49,753 nucleotides of DNA, taken from IMG/VR virus record IMGVR_UViG_3300020042_004316, positions 1 to 49,753 of that record; one strand, written 5' to 3'. The translations under genes and the position numbers were made by a program. The notes under the pieces are model-generated. The model worked only from the letters and a program-made list of their open reading frames with translations. It made no database searches and was not told where the DNA came from. The DNA comes from a virus (Duplodnaviria; Caudoviricetes). Shown one piece after another: positions 1-10,903 of the stretch (position 1 is the stretch's first letter; each line of letters opens with the position of its first letter).

Positions 1-2
1 GG

Positions 3-785
3 GCAAATCGTGGCATCAACATGTGGACGTTCGAGCAGGGCACAATTACCTTTGAGCAGGGGTTAAATACCTACGCCATCCCTAACGATACGGTGGATTT
101 GTTGGATCATGTGATCCGAACCAACGCAAACGTGGCTTCCACCCAGTCAGATTTGACAATCACACGCATCAGCGTGTCCACCTACGCGACCATCCCCAAT
201 AAATTGACCCAAGCCAGACCAATTCAGGTCTGGTATCAGCGTCTGGACGGCCAGAACGCCCCTGCGGGCGTAACTTTGGCAACCACCATAACGTCAACAG
301 CCACCACAATTACTCTCTCCAGCACCGTTGGTCTGGCCACATCAGGCTACATCACGCTGGACAGCGAGACGATCTACTACACATTCGTAAACGGCAACGA
401 CTTGGGTGACTGTTTCCGTGCCCAGAACTACACGACTGCCGCAGCCCACACCAGTGGTACTGCTGTCTACGTCCCCAACCTACCCCGAATCACTGTCTGG
501 CCAACGCCTGATGGCTCCCAGACCTATCAGTTCGTGTACTGGCGCATGCGTCGGGTGCAGGATGCTGGCAGTGGTGTGAACGTCATGGATGTACCATTCC
601 GTTTTATTCCCTGTATGGTGGCTGGATTGGCCTACTACATAGCTTTAAAAGTTCCGGGTGGCATGGATAGGCTGGTGGTGCTGAAAGCGCAGTATGACGA
701 GGCGTGGATGACGGCGGCAGATGAGGATCAGGAACGCGCAGCCTTGCGGCTTGTGCCTCGCCAGATGTTCATTGGGGGTGGATAA
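3..785 (+). CDS. Phage head-tail adaptor / tail tubular-like protein, 5'-truncated by the window
   Basis: The frame is open from base 3 (ANRGINMWT...), so the true start lies upstream. It contains the WPTPD...Y-like segment typical of podovirus adaptor proteins and sits in the structural cluster. Confidence 0.6.
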   Translation, partial: ANRGINMWTFEQGTITFEQGLNTYAIPNDTVDLLDHVIRTNANVASTQSDLTITRISVSTYATIPNKLTQARPIQVWYQRLDGQNAPAGVTLATTITSTATTITLSSTVGLATSGYITLDSETIYYTFVNGNDLGDCFRAQNYTTAAAHTSGTAVYVPNLPRITVWPTPDGSQTYQFVYWRMRRVQDAGSGVNVMDVPFRFIPCMVAGLAYYIALKVPGGMDRLVVLKAQYDEAWMTAADEDQERAALRLVPRQMFIGGG

Positions 786-1174
786 TGGGCAACCGGTTTG
801 CCAGTGGCAAAAATTCAATTGCTATATGCGACCGATGTGGCTTTGGGTACAAACTGACGTTACTTAAAAAGCTCGTTGTCAAAACCAAGACATACGACTT
901 GAAAGTGTGCCCTCAGTGCTGGGATCCAGATCATCCTCAACTTCAACTGGGTATGTACCCAGTGGATGACCCACAAGGGGTGCGTGATCCGCGTCCTGAC
1001 CTGAGCTACACCGTCTCTGGCTTGCTGGCAGACGGGGAGTTAGGCGGTGGTAGCCGCGTGTTTCAGTGGGGGTGGAACCCAGTTGGGGGTGCAGCCGGTT
1101 TTGATGCTGTTCTGACCCCAAATAATTTGGCAATGGCAGTGGAAATTGGTACAGTTACGGTAGCAACGACATAA
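785..1174 (+). CDS. Conserved phage protein with CxxC...CxxC zinc-ribbon motif
   Basis: CDRC and CPQC motifs; start overlaps the previous stop (TAATG). Confidence 0.75.
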   Translation: MGNRFASGKNSIAICDRCGFGYKLTLLKKLVVKTKTYDLKVCPQCWDPDHPQLQLGMYPVDDPQGVRDPRPDLSYTVSGLLADGELGGGSRVFQWGWNPVGGAAGFDAVLTPNNLAMAVEIGTVTVATT

Positions 1175-1184
1175 GGAGTCGATC

Positions 1185-1364
1185 ATGGACAAAGCGGACT
1201 TAAAACAGGACAAAAAGATGGTTGCTGGCGCAGTGCATAAGCACGAAAAGAAGCTGCATCCCGGCAAGCCAATGACTAAGTTGGCCAAAGGTGGCAAGAC
1301 CAATGAGATGATGATGAGCATGGGTCGTGGTATGGCTAAAGTTGCAAATCAGCGAGGCAAATAA
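1185..1364 (+). CDS. Small basic virion-associated protein (59 aa, not in ORF track) with LAKGG motif
   Basis: AAGGAG RBS at 1173-1178, ATG 1185, MDKADLKQDKKMVAGAVHKHEKKLHPGKPMTKLAKGG...RGK*; stop overlaps the next ATG. Confidence 0.7.
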   Translation: MDKADLKQDKKMVAGAVHKHEKKLHPGKPMTKLAKGGKTNEMMMSMGRGMAKVANQRGK

Positions 1365-1630
1365 TGGCTAAATTCAGCATGAAACGAGACGGCAAAGAAG
1401 TTGGCGGTGCCAGCGTCTATGCACAACCACACAATATGTCTGGTAAGGCTGTGGGCATTGAGTCTACCCCCGGCAAAGAGCCAAACCGCAGCAAAGCCGA
1501 CACGGTCAACATGAGCGTTGGCAACATCAGCAAAAATGCTGGTGACAAGCAAGTCAAAACCGACGGTATCAAAATGCGTGGCACAGGAGCGGCTACCAAG
1601 GGCTTGATGAGTAGAGGCCCGATGGCATGA
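1364..1630 (+). CDS. Small basic phage protein
   Basis: Coupled to both neighbours; ends ...RGTGAATKGLMSRGPMA. Confidence 0.7.
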   Translation: MAKFSMKRDGKEVGGASVYAQPHNMSGKAVGIESTPGKEPNRSKADTVNMSVGNISKNAGDKQVKTDGIKMRGTGAATKGLMSRGPMA

Positions 1631-2328
1631 ACTACACGACGTTGTATAACACTATTCAGACATACACGGAGAATCAGTTCCCTGATGTATACCTTGCGAG
1701 TGGGGGTACGGTTAATGCGACTACGCAGATCAATACTTTCATTACGCAGGCTGAGCAGCGCATATACAACTCAGTTCAGTTCCCATCATTGCGTAAGAAT
1801 GTAACCGGCACAACAACTAGCAGCAACAAGTATTTGTCGTGCCCATCTGACTTCTTAGCTACCTATTCAATGGCCGTAGTCGATGCTACGGGCGCTTACG
1901 AGTACTTGTTGAACAAAGATGTAAATTTTATCCGGCAAGCATATCCAACCCCAACAGATACAGCCATCCCTAAGTATTACGCGTTGTTTGGCCCAACAGT
2001 AAGCGGAGTAACTATCTCAAACGAGTTGTCGTTTATTCTTGGCCCAACACCGGATACTGTCTACACAATTGAGCTTCACTATTACTACTACCCTGAGTCA
2101 ATCACCACTGTAGCGTCTGGTCAAACATGGCTGGGCGACAACTTTGACTCTGTGTTGCTCTATGGTTCTTTGGTAGAGGCTTACAGCTTTATGAAGGGCG
2201 AAGTCGATATCATTGCTGGGTATGACGCGAAGTACAAAGAGGCGCTTGCGTTGGCTAAACGTCTGGGCGATGGTATGGAGCGTCAGGATGCGTACCGTTC
2301 TGGTCAGTATAGACAGGCGGTGACATAA
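1627..2328 (+). CDS. Phage adaptor / tail tubular protein A-like
   Basis: FITQAEQRI, PKYYA, LGPTPD..Y.IELHYYY and LLYGSLVEA pattern of podovirus adaptor proteins; ATGA coupling. Confidence 0.65.
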   Translation: MNYTTLYNTIQTYTENQFPDVYLASGGTVNATTQINTFITQAEQRIYNSVQFPSLRKNVTGTTTSSNKYLSCPSDFLATYSMAVVDATGAYEYLLNKDVNFIRQAYPTPTDTAIPKYYALFGPTVSGVTISNELSFILGPTPDTVYTIELHYYYYPESITTVASGQTWLGDNFDSVLLYGSLVEAYSFMKGEVDIIAGYDAKYKEALALAKRLGDGMERQDAYRSGQYRQAVT

Positions 2329-2753
2329 TGGCTTTTCAAGGCAACTTCTCCTGCAACGTGTTTAAGACTGGGTTGATGAACGGCACATTCAACTTCACTT
2401 CGGGGACGTTCTATATTGCACTCTATACCAATGACGCCACACTTAATGCCTCTACCACGGCTTATACGGCTACGGGTCAGGTTGTGGCTTCTGGGTACGC
2501 GGCTGGCGGCTTGGCACTCACGATTGCGCAAACTCCCACGGTAGGCAACTCCGGTAATACGGCCTACATCTCTTTTAACAACGCAGTCTGGACTTCGGCT
2601 CTTACTGCGCGTGGCGCTTTGATTTATCAAAGTGGTGGTGGAAACCCAGCAGTTTGCGTGCTAGACTTTGGCGCAGACAAGACTTCAACCACAACATTCA
2701 CGGTACAGTTTCCCGCTGTATCAAACACGTCAGCAATTATTCGCATCGCATAA
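2328..2753 (+). CDS. Putative virion structural (tail-associated) protein
   Basis: FYIALYT...GYAAGG...ARGALIY...VLDFGADK; beta-rich; coupled start. Confidence 0.6.
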   Translation: MAFQGNFSCNVFKTGLMNGTFNFTSGTFYIALYTNDATLNASTTAYTATGQVVASGYAAGGLALTIAQTPTVGNSGNTAYISFNNAVWTSALTARGALIYQSGGGNPAVCVLDFGADKTSTTTFTVQFPAVSNTSAIIRIA

Positions 2754-2764
2754 GGAGCACTCTC

Positions 2765-3343
2765 ATGTCTAACGAAAAAGTAAAAAGCACCGACACTGTT
2801 ACAAGCGGTTTAGTTGCAGGAACACGTTCTGGCGATAACGCACTCGCGCTTGGCAGATTTAAAATGGAGTGCTATGACAAAGATGGCGCGTTAAAGTGGG
2901 AAGCAGAAGAAGACAATCTTGTGGTCAACGTAGGTCTGCAATACATGTGCGGCACGGCGTTAACCAGCGTTACTCAAGTCACTTCTTGGTTCATTGGGCT
3001 GTATGGTTCTGGGGCAACTAACAGCCCTGCGGCTGGCGACACCATGTCTTCCCATGCTGGTTGGACTGAAGTTACAGCGTACAGCAATGCCACGCGCCCT
3101 GCCTGTACGTTTGCCACGGCTACGACGGCTAACCCTTCTGTTGCAACAAACTCTGCTTCAGTGGCGGCATTTACCATTAACGGAACTGCAACTGTTGGCG
3201 GCGCGTTCTTGGTAAGTAACAGTACCAAGGGTGGTACTACCGGAACTTTGTTTTCGGCTGCTGACTTCAGTGCTCCGGGCGACCGTGTTGTTGAATCTGG
3301 CGACACGCTGAACGTGACTTATACCTTGAACCTTGCGGGTTAA
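2765..3343 (+). CDS. Putative virion structural (tail-associated) protein
   Basis: AAGGAG RBS before ATG 2765 (preferred over 2654); NLVVNVG...GDTLNVTYT pattern. Confidence 0.65.
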   Translation: MSNEKVKSTDTVTSGLVAGTRSGDNALALGRFKMECYDKDGALKWEAEEDNLVVNVGLQYMCGTALTSVTQVTSWFIGLYGSGATNSPAAGDTMSSHAGWTEVTAYSNATRPACTFATATTANPSVATNSASVAAFTINGTATVGGAFLVSNSTKGGTTGTLFSAADFSAPGDRVVESGDTLNVTYTLNLAG

Positions 3344-3366
3344 TAGTCACCTACGGGTATCACTGT

Positions 3367-3395
3367 GTACCCGCCGTAGCGGGTACTTTTGTTTT
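3367..3395 (+). terminator. Rho-independent terminator
   Basis: GTACCCGC-cgta-GCGGGTAC perfect 8-bp stem followed by TTTTGTTTT. Confidence 0.75.
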
Positions 3396-3405
3396 GGAGA
3401 ACATA

Positions 3406-3699
3406 ATGATTAAGATTGACTTTGAGTTTGACTCATCATACGGCGTATTCCGTGATGCTTTGCATTTGCCAGAAGATCACGCTTTCACAGACGTTGAAAT
3501 TCAAGCAATGAAGCAAGAACGCTATGACAACTGGTGGGCTATTGTGAACGCACCCCCTGCCGAAACTGTTGAAGAAACACCCACTCCACCTGCTCAAACA
3601 ATCAATATTGCTGGCGAAGACTATGTCTTATTAGAAGGCACTCCAGCATCTGGCGCAAAGCTGATTGAAGTAAACAGCACTTGGTACGTTAAAGCGTAA
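3406..3699 (+). CDS. Small hypothetical protein preceding the large tail protein (possible chaperone)
   Basis: GGAGA RBS before ATG 3406; acidic, 97 aa. Confidence 0.6.
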   Translation: MIKIDFEFDSSYGVFRDALHLPEDHAFTDVEIQAMKQERYDNWWAIVNAPPAETVEETPTPPAQTINIAGEDYVLLEGTPASGAKLIEVNSTWYVKA

Positions 3700-3709
3700 G
3701 GGGCCATAG

Positions 3710-6700
3710 ATGGCTGACAGATATTGGGTAGGTGGTACAGGTACTTGGGGTAGCAGCCAAACTACAAACTGGTCTGCGGCCACTGGTTTATCTTTTACCG
3801 CTAGTTGTACAGGTACTACATTAACGACTGTTGGATCACCAGCACTTGTAGCTGGCATGACTGTATTCTCAAGTACTCATGTTTCACTTGGAACAATTGT
3901 TAGTGGTTCTGTAAATACGTGGGTTGTAACTATTGGGGGAACTTACGGTTCTCAAAGCATGAGTGCGGCTACTGTTGGCGCATCTGTGCCTACTGCGGCA
4001 GATAACGTATTTTTTGATGCTAACTCAAATAGTGGAACAACGGCATTTACCTGCACTATGGCAAACACGCCAAGGGTCTGTAATGACTTTACAGCGTCAG
4101 GTTTAGATGGAACGATGACCCTTGCAGGGTCAAGTATTGGATTAACAGTATCAGGCAGTCTTACATTTCAAGCCACAAACTTTACTCGCACATATACAGG
4201 CACAACCACATTTAACGCTACGACAACAGGTAAAACAGTAACAACTAATGGCGTTTCTCTTGGTGCGCCTATTACGTTTAATGGTGTTGGTGGCGGCTGG
4301 ACACTTGGTAGTGCTTTAACTGTTACTAATGCACTTACAGTAACAAATGGAACGTTTGATACTTCGTCATCAGGAAATTATGCTGTAACTGCCACTTCTT
4401 TATCTTCCGTCAATTCAAACATAAGAACAATAAATTTAAATGCTTCAACTGTTAATTTATCTGCCATTGGCGCAGTCGATTTTACTACGCAAACTAATCT
4501 TACATTTAATGCAGGTACATCACAAATCAACTGTGCATCAGGAAGTTCTTCATTAAACTCTGCAACTAGCATTACCTTTTACAACGTAGCGTTTACTTCA
4601 ACAACAGCCGGTACAAGAACGATCACGGGCGTAAACACATTTAACAACTTATCTGTTACCGCCCCCGCAGCCGCTGGTGTAACAAACTTAACCTTCGCCG
4701 CCAACCAAACAATCAACGGCACACTGTCTACAACAGGCACCGCAGGTAACCGCCGTGTATTCTTTGCTTCTGCCACATACGGTATTGGCTTCACACTCAC
4801 AGTCAACAGCGCTCCAAGCCTAACAGATGCAGACTTCCGTGATATCTACGTCATAGGCACAGCCGCACCTATCAGCGGTACTCGTATAGGTAACCGTGGT
4901 AACAACTCAGGCATTACGTTTGATGCGGCTAAGACTGTGTATTGGAACTTAGCTGGCTCACAAAACTGGTCTGCAGACGCATGGGCAACCACTTCAACAG
5001 GAACGCCATCTACTGATAACTTTCCATTACCTCAAGATACAGCTACGTTTACAGACGCAGGAAGCGTAACTGGAACTATCACATTTGATTCGGCAATTAC
5101 TTTTAAGTCTTCAGTAGATATGTCTGCGCGTACAACTGCAATGACATTAGCTTTTACTAACGCAACAACATGGTACGGCAATTGGACAAATGGAAGCGGA
5201 ACAACATTAAGTGGAACAGCAATCCAAACATTATCTGGCGGAAGTACACAAACCATCACTAGTGCAGGTAAGACATTCTTATGCCCAATCACTGTAGACA
5301 CATACGGTGGCACTGTTCAACTTGCTGATGCGCTTAGTGCTTCTGGAATAATTATAACTGTTACTAACGGTACATTTGATACTGAAGGATATGCTGTAAC
5401 CACTGGTTCAATTTATTCAACTAATACAAACGTAAGAACAATTAATTTAAATGCTTCTACCCTCACTTTAGGTGGTTCTATTATTTTTACCACATCAACT
5501 AATCTTACATTTAACGCAGGAACATCAACAATAAGTAGTTCTTCTATTGCTCCTACTTTTGCTGGTGGAGGTCAAACATTTTACAACGTATCCTTTACAT
5601 CTACTGCAATACTTACTTCATCAATATCAGGCACAAATACATTTAATAACCTATCCATAGCTGGTAGAACAACTATTGGTATTGCTCCAATTGGTATTGA
5701 GGGAAACCAAACAATTAACGGCACATTTACAGTTAATGCTGGTACTGCTTCAGCATATCGCACGTTTTTTTATTCTTCTGTATTTGGCACTCAAAGCACA
5801 TTAACTGTTAATTCTTTTGCGGCTGGCGCGTCTGATATAGATTTTTCCGACATATCTATTGCAGGAACTGCCTCTCCTATTTCTGGTACAAGATTTGGTG
5901 ATACTGGCGGTAATAGCGGAATAACATTTCCTGCGGCTAAGACTGTTTACTATAGGCAAACAGGCTCTTCGGCTTGGGGAACGGCAAGCCCCGGCTCATG
6001 GTCGCTGACTTCTGGTGGCGCATTTGATGACGCTGCATTCCCCTTAGCACAAGATACTGCCGTATTTCCTGCGGCAACATATCCCGCATCAGGTTCAACG
6101 ACCTCTCTCAACGCCAACTACCAAATTGGCACGATAGATATGTCGTTGCGAACGGGAAATAATATGACGTTTGACACTACTGTTGCAGGATTTGCTAGTG
6201 TTTTTGGAAACTGGATAAATGGAACTGGAATAACATTAACTCCTAAATCCCTTGGTGTTATTAATACCGTATATTTTAATGGTCGTACTACTCAAACCAT
6301 TACAAGTGCAGGCAGAGATTTTTTTGATGTTTACGTTGATAATTTAACAGGAACCGTACAACTTGCAGACGCTTTATCAACAGGAATTACAACTGGAGCA
6401 GATGGATTAATTTTATTTTCTGGAACATTTGATGCTGTAAGCTATAACGTAACCACCAACGCTGTTAGTTCAACAACTGGCGGAACCTTAAAAATGGGTT
6501 CTGGTACGTGGACATTAAGTGGCAGTACAACAACTCCGTGGAAAGCTTCAGGAACTTTAATTGCAGGAACAGCAACAATTGTTTTAAACACTAGTAGTTC
6601 ATCAAGGACATTTGCAGGTGGCGGTCTTTATTACAGTAAATTAACACTTGGCAGTACAACAACTTCGCAAACAACAGCCTTTACGGGAGCTAATACATTT

Positions 6701-9700
6701 GCAGAATTGGCTTCTACCAAGACAGTAGCTCATACTATTGCTTTTGGTGCAAATACTCATACTTTTGGGGAGTGGTCGGTGACAGGAACCGTAGGCAACG
6801 TAGTTACTCTTACAGGCACAAGGACTGATAACTTAATTGCTGGCCCCGCTGTCACAGGTATTGATTACCTTGCAATGGGAACGTGGGGTATCAGCACCTC
6901 GTCACCCGGTGAGTTTTACGCTGGCGCTAATAGTACAGGTACAGCAGCAGCCCCCGTATTTAGAACAGCCGCGCCTGCGCCAAGAACTTTGTATTGGGTA
7001 GGTGGTACAGGCAACTGGTCATCAACAACTAAGTGGTCTACATCATCTGGTGGCGCGTCTGGTGCGGCTATTCCTACTTCTTTAGATACTGTTAACTTTG
7101 ATTCCTTGTCAAACGCTACAGCCTATACAGCAACGATTGACGCTGGCGTAACGATTGCCCGATGTGCGGCATTCTCAATGGCTGGGCCTGCGTCTGGTAA
7201 CGTAACTTTTGCTGGGTCTGTGCAGATTGCATTCCACGGTAGCGTATTGTTTGCCGCTACAGGTATTACTGGAACATACACAGGTGCAATGAACTGGGCA
7301 GGTAACGCTAGTTACACGTTTACCACCAATGGAGTGGCAGTATCAAACACCACAACAATAAACGGAATTGGTGCTACTTGGACACTTGGAAGTGCTGTAA
7401 CTTTCGGGTCTAGCCTTATTGTTACAAGAGGAACTTTGGATACTTCGTCAGTAGGGAATTATGCTCTTACGGTGGGTAACCAATTTTCTTCTAACAACTC
7501 AAACGTAAGAACAATTAATTTAAATGCTTCTACTGTAGCAGTCGCGTCGAGCGCTACTGTTGCATTTACTACAGCTACCAATCTTACTTTTAATGCTGGC
7601 ACTTCCCAGATTAATTTTAGTAGTTTTGGTAATCTTTCATTTAATGGCGGAAGTCAAACTTTTTACAACGTATCATTTACAAATTATGCTATAGATTCAT
7701 TACCTATAAATGGCGCAAATACATTCAATAATTTATCTTTTCCGAGCAAGACTAATCTTGGCATTTACACTATTACTATAAATGCAAATCAAACAATTAA
7801 TGGAACATTAACAGTACCTGCTGGCAGTGGTGCCGCATACCGCACACAGATTTCCTCTGATACTGTTGGAACTGCACGCACATTAACGTGTGCGGCAGTA
7901 TCTTTAACTGATACAGACTTTAAAGATATAACTATTGCAGGTGCGGCTTCCCCTGCATCAGGGACAAGACTTGGGAATTGCAAAGGCAACAGCGGCATTA
8001 CTTTTGGTGCGGCTAAAACTGTTTACTATAGGACATCTTCTTCTACTTGGGCTGGGCCTTGGTCGGCCACATCAGGTGGTGCGGCTGACGCAACCATGTT
8101 CCCATTAGCACAAGATACAGCTGTAATTCCTACCGCATATCCTTCATTTGCTGCATCGATAACTATTAGTGCCAACTACAACATTGGCACAATAGACATG
8201 TCGTTGAGAACGACTTCATTTTCTATGACGTTGGCAACAGGAACGACTGCACCAGCAATTTATGGTAACTGGATAAATGGCACAGGAACTAATATTACTG
8301 GTACTTCAGTAATAGTATTTGAAGGGCGTACAGCACAAACAATCACAAGTGCTGGCAAATCATTTACTCAATCTATCCTAATCAGAAGTCCAAGTGGTTC
8401 GGTCACTCTGCAAGATAATTTAACAACAGGCACAACAGCAGGGACTACATTAACCAGCGGCACACTAGACCTTAACAACTTTACGTTATCCACGGGTACA
8501 TTTTCTTCATCGGGTTCTAGTACTAGAACCCTTACTTTTGGCGCTAGTACTATTGCTTTAGCAGGTACAGGTACTGTGTGGGACATGGCAACGTCCACAA
8601 ACGCCACAATAAATAAAGGCACAGGAACCATATCTCTTACAGATACGTCAACCACAGCCAGAACATTTGCTGGGGGTGGTCTTTCCTACCAAAAACTTTC
8701 TATTGGTGGTACGACAGGGGTTTCAACACTTACATTCAGCGGTAACAACACATTTGCAGAAATAGCCAGTACAAAAACCGTTGCAAACACTATTTCTCTT
8801 GCCGCAACAACGCAAACAGTTGGAGCATGGACTCCAACAGGCACCGCCGGTAACTTACTGACCCTTACAGGAACATCTGCCGCTTCTCCTGCTACGTTAA
8901 TTTATACAGGGGTGGGGGATATCACTGGCCTTGACTACCTTACTGTAAATTCTATTCGTGCATATCCAACAACATCTACTTGGTTTGCTGGAGCAAACTC
9001 TACCAACGGCGGGTCATTAGGCTGGATTTTTTCTGTTGGTGGTGGTGTTATATACGCCGTCTATATCGATGAAAATAACACAGTATCTGATGCAATAAGC
9101 GGCGGATTCTTGTATGTATCAGCCGTAGCTGATTCGGCTACCGCCACAGATAACTTCTTAGTTGCCCCTTCAACATTTAACGCCCCCGTAGCTGAAACTG
9201 CTACAGCCACCGACTCCCCCAGCGTAGCCGCATCCACGTTCAACGCTCCTGTAGCCGAGACTGCTACTGCTACGGATTCAGTCTTGAGTTTTGCAGATTT
9301 CTACGCCGCCCTGTCCGAGGCAGCAACAGCCACAGATTCCGTTATAAGTTTTGCGGATTTCTACGCTGCTCTGGCTGAAACCGCTACAGCCACGGATGCA
9401 ATTTTAGGGTTAGCTGCTTTTAGTTCTGCTCTAGCAGAAACCGCCACAGCTACGGATGCAATTTTAGGGTTAGCTGCTTTTAGTTCTGCTCTAGCAGAAA
9501 CCGCCACAGCCACAGACTCCCCCAGCGTAGCTGCATCTACGTTCAACGCTCCTGTAACTGATACGGCTACCGCTACGGATTCTGTTTTAGGGTTAGCTGC
9601 CTTTAGTTCTGCTTTGGCTGAGACTGCTACAGCTACGGATTCAGACGTGGGATTTATATTGTTCCCTGTGTCAATAACTGAAACCGCTACAGCCACAGAT

Positions 9701-10894
9701 GCAATTTTAGGGGGTTTGTTGTTTGTATCAGCCGTAACTAATACAGCTACCGCCACAGATAACTTCTTAGTTGCCCCTTCAACATTTAACGCTCCTGTAA
9801 CTAATACAGCTACCGCCACCGATGCGTACTCGGTTGCCGCGACTTTTAACGCGCTTGTTTTCTCTGGCACCTATGATTTTTCAGAGTCAACGTACATCTT
9901 ACCCACTGGCACATCATTTGCTGGCTCGGCGATTTGGTCAACAACAGCTTTGTCCCGCGTACAAGTTAACGCTGACGGACCCGGTACTGGTACAGCCGGA
10001 TTTAGCGCAGGTGGTAACTACATTGCATTTGGTATAGGCACTTTTGGTTCCATGCGATTGCAAACTCAAACAATTAGCTTGGTGGGTGCCTCTCTGATAA
10101 CCCTAAACTACATTAACGGAACAGGCAGTAATGGCGGTGTTGTTCCCGGTTCAGTTCTACAGATCGCTGCTTACGACAGCAATGTTTTTACAAATACTTT
10201 AGGTTCAATCCCAACTTCTGGACAGTCTACGTTTGGTGATATTTCATTTGCCATCCCTTTGTCATCGCGTGTTGTCAACGGATCGATTCGGTTAGTGTCC
10301 GTTGTTCAAGCTGGAGGCGCTAACTATGGCTTGCGCAATATCACAATTACTTACGATGGTACGAAGGTAACGGATAGCTTTTCTGCTGCACAGTTTTTTA
10401 GCACCCAGATTGTCGATGCCACCACAGCCACAGATACGTTTTTGATAGCCCCGTCTACGTTCAACGCGCCATTTGTAGACACTACTTCGATCACAGATGC
10501 AATAACCAGTACCGCAGTCTTTATAAGTGCTATAACTGATACGGCTACCATTACAGATGTGTTTTTGGTTGCGCCGTCCACGTTTAACGCCCCTGTAGCA
10601 GAAACAGCTACCATTACAGATGTGTTTTTGGTTGCCCCTTCAACATTTAATGCACCCTTTGTTGATACTGCCACAATCACCGACGTCATTACAAATGCAG
10701 GCTCCATATACAACGTTCCTGTATTTAACACTGCGACGGCGACCGATGTTTTTATTGGGTCTTTTTTGTGGAATTTGATCGACGACAGCCAGACAATAAT
10801 TTGGACCCCTATTTCAACGGACACTCCAACTACGTGGAATTTGGTTGATGACACAACCCCCACAACGTGGCAAAATATAAATAACGTGAATTAA
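3710..10894 (+). CDS. 2394-aa repetitive tail fibre / adhesin-like virion protein
   Basis: T/G/S/A/N-rich beta-solenoid-type repeats (YWVGGTG.W x2, FPL[AP]QDTA x3, RTINLNAST x3); C-terminal [DE]TATATD repeats; tail-gene context. Confidence 0.75.
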   Translation: MADRYWVGGTGTWGSSQTTNWSAATGLSFTASCTGTTLTTVGSPALVAGMTVFSSTHVSLGTIVSGSVNTWVVTIGGTYGSQSMSAATVGASVPTAADNVFFDANSNSGTTAFTCTMANTPRVCNDFTASGLDGTMTLAGSSIGLTVSGSLTFQATNFTRTYTGTTTFNATTTGKTVTTNGVSLGAPITFNGVGGGWTLGSALTVTNALTVTNGTFDTSSSGNYAVTATSLSSVNSNIRTINLNASTVNLSAIGAVDFTTQTNLTFNAGTSQINCASGSSSLNSATSITFYNVAFTSTTAGTRTITGVNTFNNLSVTAPAAAGVTNLTFAANQTINGTLSTTGTAGNRRVFFASATYGIGFTLTVNSAPSLTDADFRDIYVIGTAAPISGTRIGNRGNNSGITFDAAKTVYWNLAGSQNWSADAWATTSTGTPSTDNFPLPQDTATFTDAGSVTGTITFDSAITFKSSVDMSARTTAMTLAFTNATTWYGNWTNGSGTTLSGTAIQTLSGGSTQTITSAGKTFLCPITVDTYGGTVQLADALSASGIIITVTNGTFDTEGYAVTTGSIYSTNTNVRTINLNASTLTLGGSIIFTTSTNLTFNAGTSTISSSSIAPTFAGGGQTFYNVSFTSTAILTSSISGTNTFNNLSIAGRTTIGIAPIGIEGNQTINGTFTVNAGTASAYRTFFYSSVFGTQSTLTVNSFAAGASDIDFSDISIAGTASPISGTRFGDTGGNSGITFPAAKTVYYRQTGSSAWGTASPGSWSLTSGGAFDDAAFPLAQDTAVFPAATYPASGSTTSLNANYQIGTIDMSLRTGNNMTFDTTVAGFASVFGNWINGTGITLTPKSLGVINTVYFNGRTTQTITSAGRDFFDVYVDNLTGTVQLADALSTGITTGADGLILFSGTFDAVSYNVTTNAVSSTTGGTLKMGSGTWTLSGSTTTPWKASGTLIAGTATIVLNTSSSSRTFAGGGLYYSKLTLGSTTTSQTTAFTGANTFAELASTKTVAHTIAFGANTHTFGEWSVTGTVGNVVTLTGTRTDNLIAGPAVTGIDYLAMGTWGISTSSPGEFYAGANSTGTAAAPVFRTAAPAPRTLYWVGGTGNWSSTTKWSTSSGGASGAAIPTSLDTVNFDSLSNATAYTATIDAGVTIARCAAFSMAGPASGNVTFAGSVQIAFHGSVLFAATGITGTYTGAMNWAGNASYTFTTNGVAVSNTTTINGIGATWTLGSAVTFGSSLIVTRGTLDTSSVGNYALTVGNQFSSNNSNVRTINLNASTVAVASSATVAFTTATNLTFNAGTSQINFSSFGNLSFNGGSQTFYNVSFTNYAIDSLPINGANTFNNLSFPSKTNLGIYTITINANQTINGTLTVPAGSGAAYRTQISSDTVGTARTLTCAAVSLTDTDFKDITIAGAASPASGTRLGNCKGNSGITFGAAKTVYYRTSSSTWAGPWSATSGGAADATMFPLAQDTAVIPTAYPSFAASITISANYNIGTIDMSLRTTSFSMTLATGTTAPAIYGNWINGTGTNITGTSVIVFEGRTAQTITSAGKSFTQSILIRSPSGSVTLQDNLTTGTTAGTTLTSGTLDLNNFTLSTGTFSSSGSSTRTLTFGASTIALAGTGTVWDMATSTNATINKGTGTISLTDTSTTARTFAGGGLSYQKLSIGGTTGVSTLTFSGNNTFAEIASTKTVANTISLAATTQTVGAWTPTGTAGNLLTLTGTSAASPATLIYTGVGDITGLDYLTVNSIRAYPTTSTWFAGANSTNGGSLGWIFSVGGGVIYAVYIDENNTVSDAISGGFLYVSAVADSATATDNFLVAPSTFNAPVAETATATDSPSVAASTFNAPVAETATATDSVLSFADFYAALSEAATATDSVISFADFYAALAETATATDAILGLAAFSSALAETATATDAILGLAAFSSALAETATATDSPSVAASTFNAPVTDTATATDSVLGLAAFSSALAETATATDSDVGFILFPVSITETATATDAILGGLLFVSAVTNTATATDNFLVAPSTFNAPVTNTATATDAYSVAATFNALVFSGTYDFSESTYILPTGTSFAGSAIWSTTALSRVQVNADGPGTGTAGFSAGGNYIAFGIGTFGSMRLQTQTISLVGASLITLNYINGTGSNGGVVPGSVLQIAAYDSNVFTNTLGSIPTSGQSTFGDISFAIPLSSRVVNGSIRLVSVVQAGGANYGLRNITITYDGTKVTDSFSAAQFFSTQIVDATTATDTFLIAPSTFNAPFVDTTSITDAITSTAVFISAITDTATITDVFLVAPSTFNAPVAETATITDVFLVAPSTFNAPFVDTATITDVITNAGSIYNVPVFNTATATDVFIGSFLWNLIDDSQTIIWTPISTDTPTTWNLVDDTTPTTWQNINNVN
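9100..10770 (+). repeat. Coding tandem repeats ([DE]TATATD units of ~20-22 aa) interrupted by a non-repetitive insert at ~9860-10370
   Basis: Near-identical 60-bp DNA units, e.g. GCAATTTTAGGGTTAGCTGCTTTTAGTTCTGCTCTAGCAGAAACCGCCACAGC at 9398 and 9458; many APSTFNAPV copies. Confidence 0.85.
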
Positions 10895-10903
10895 GGAAAA
10901 TAA

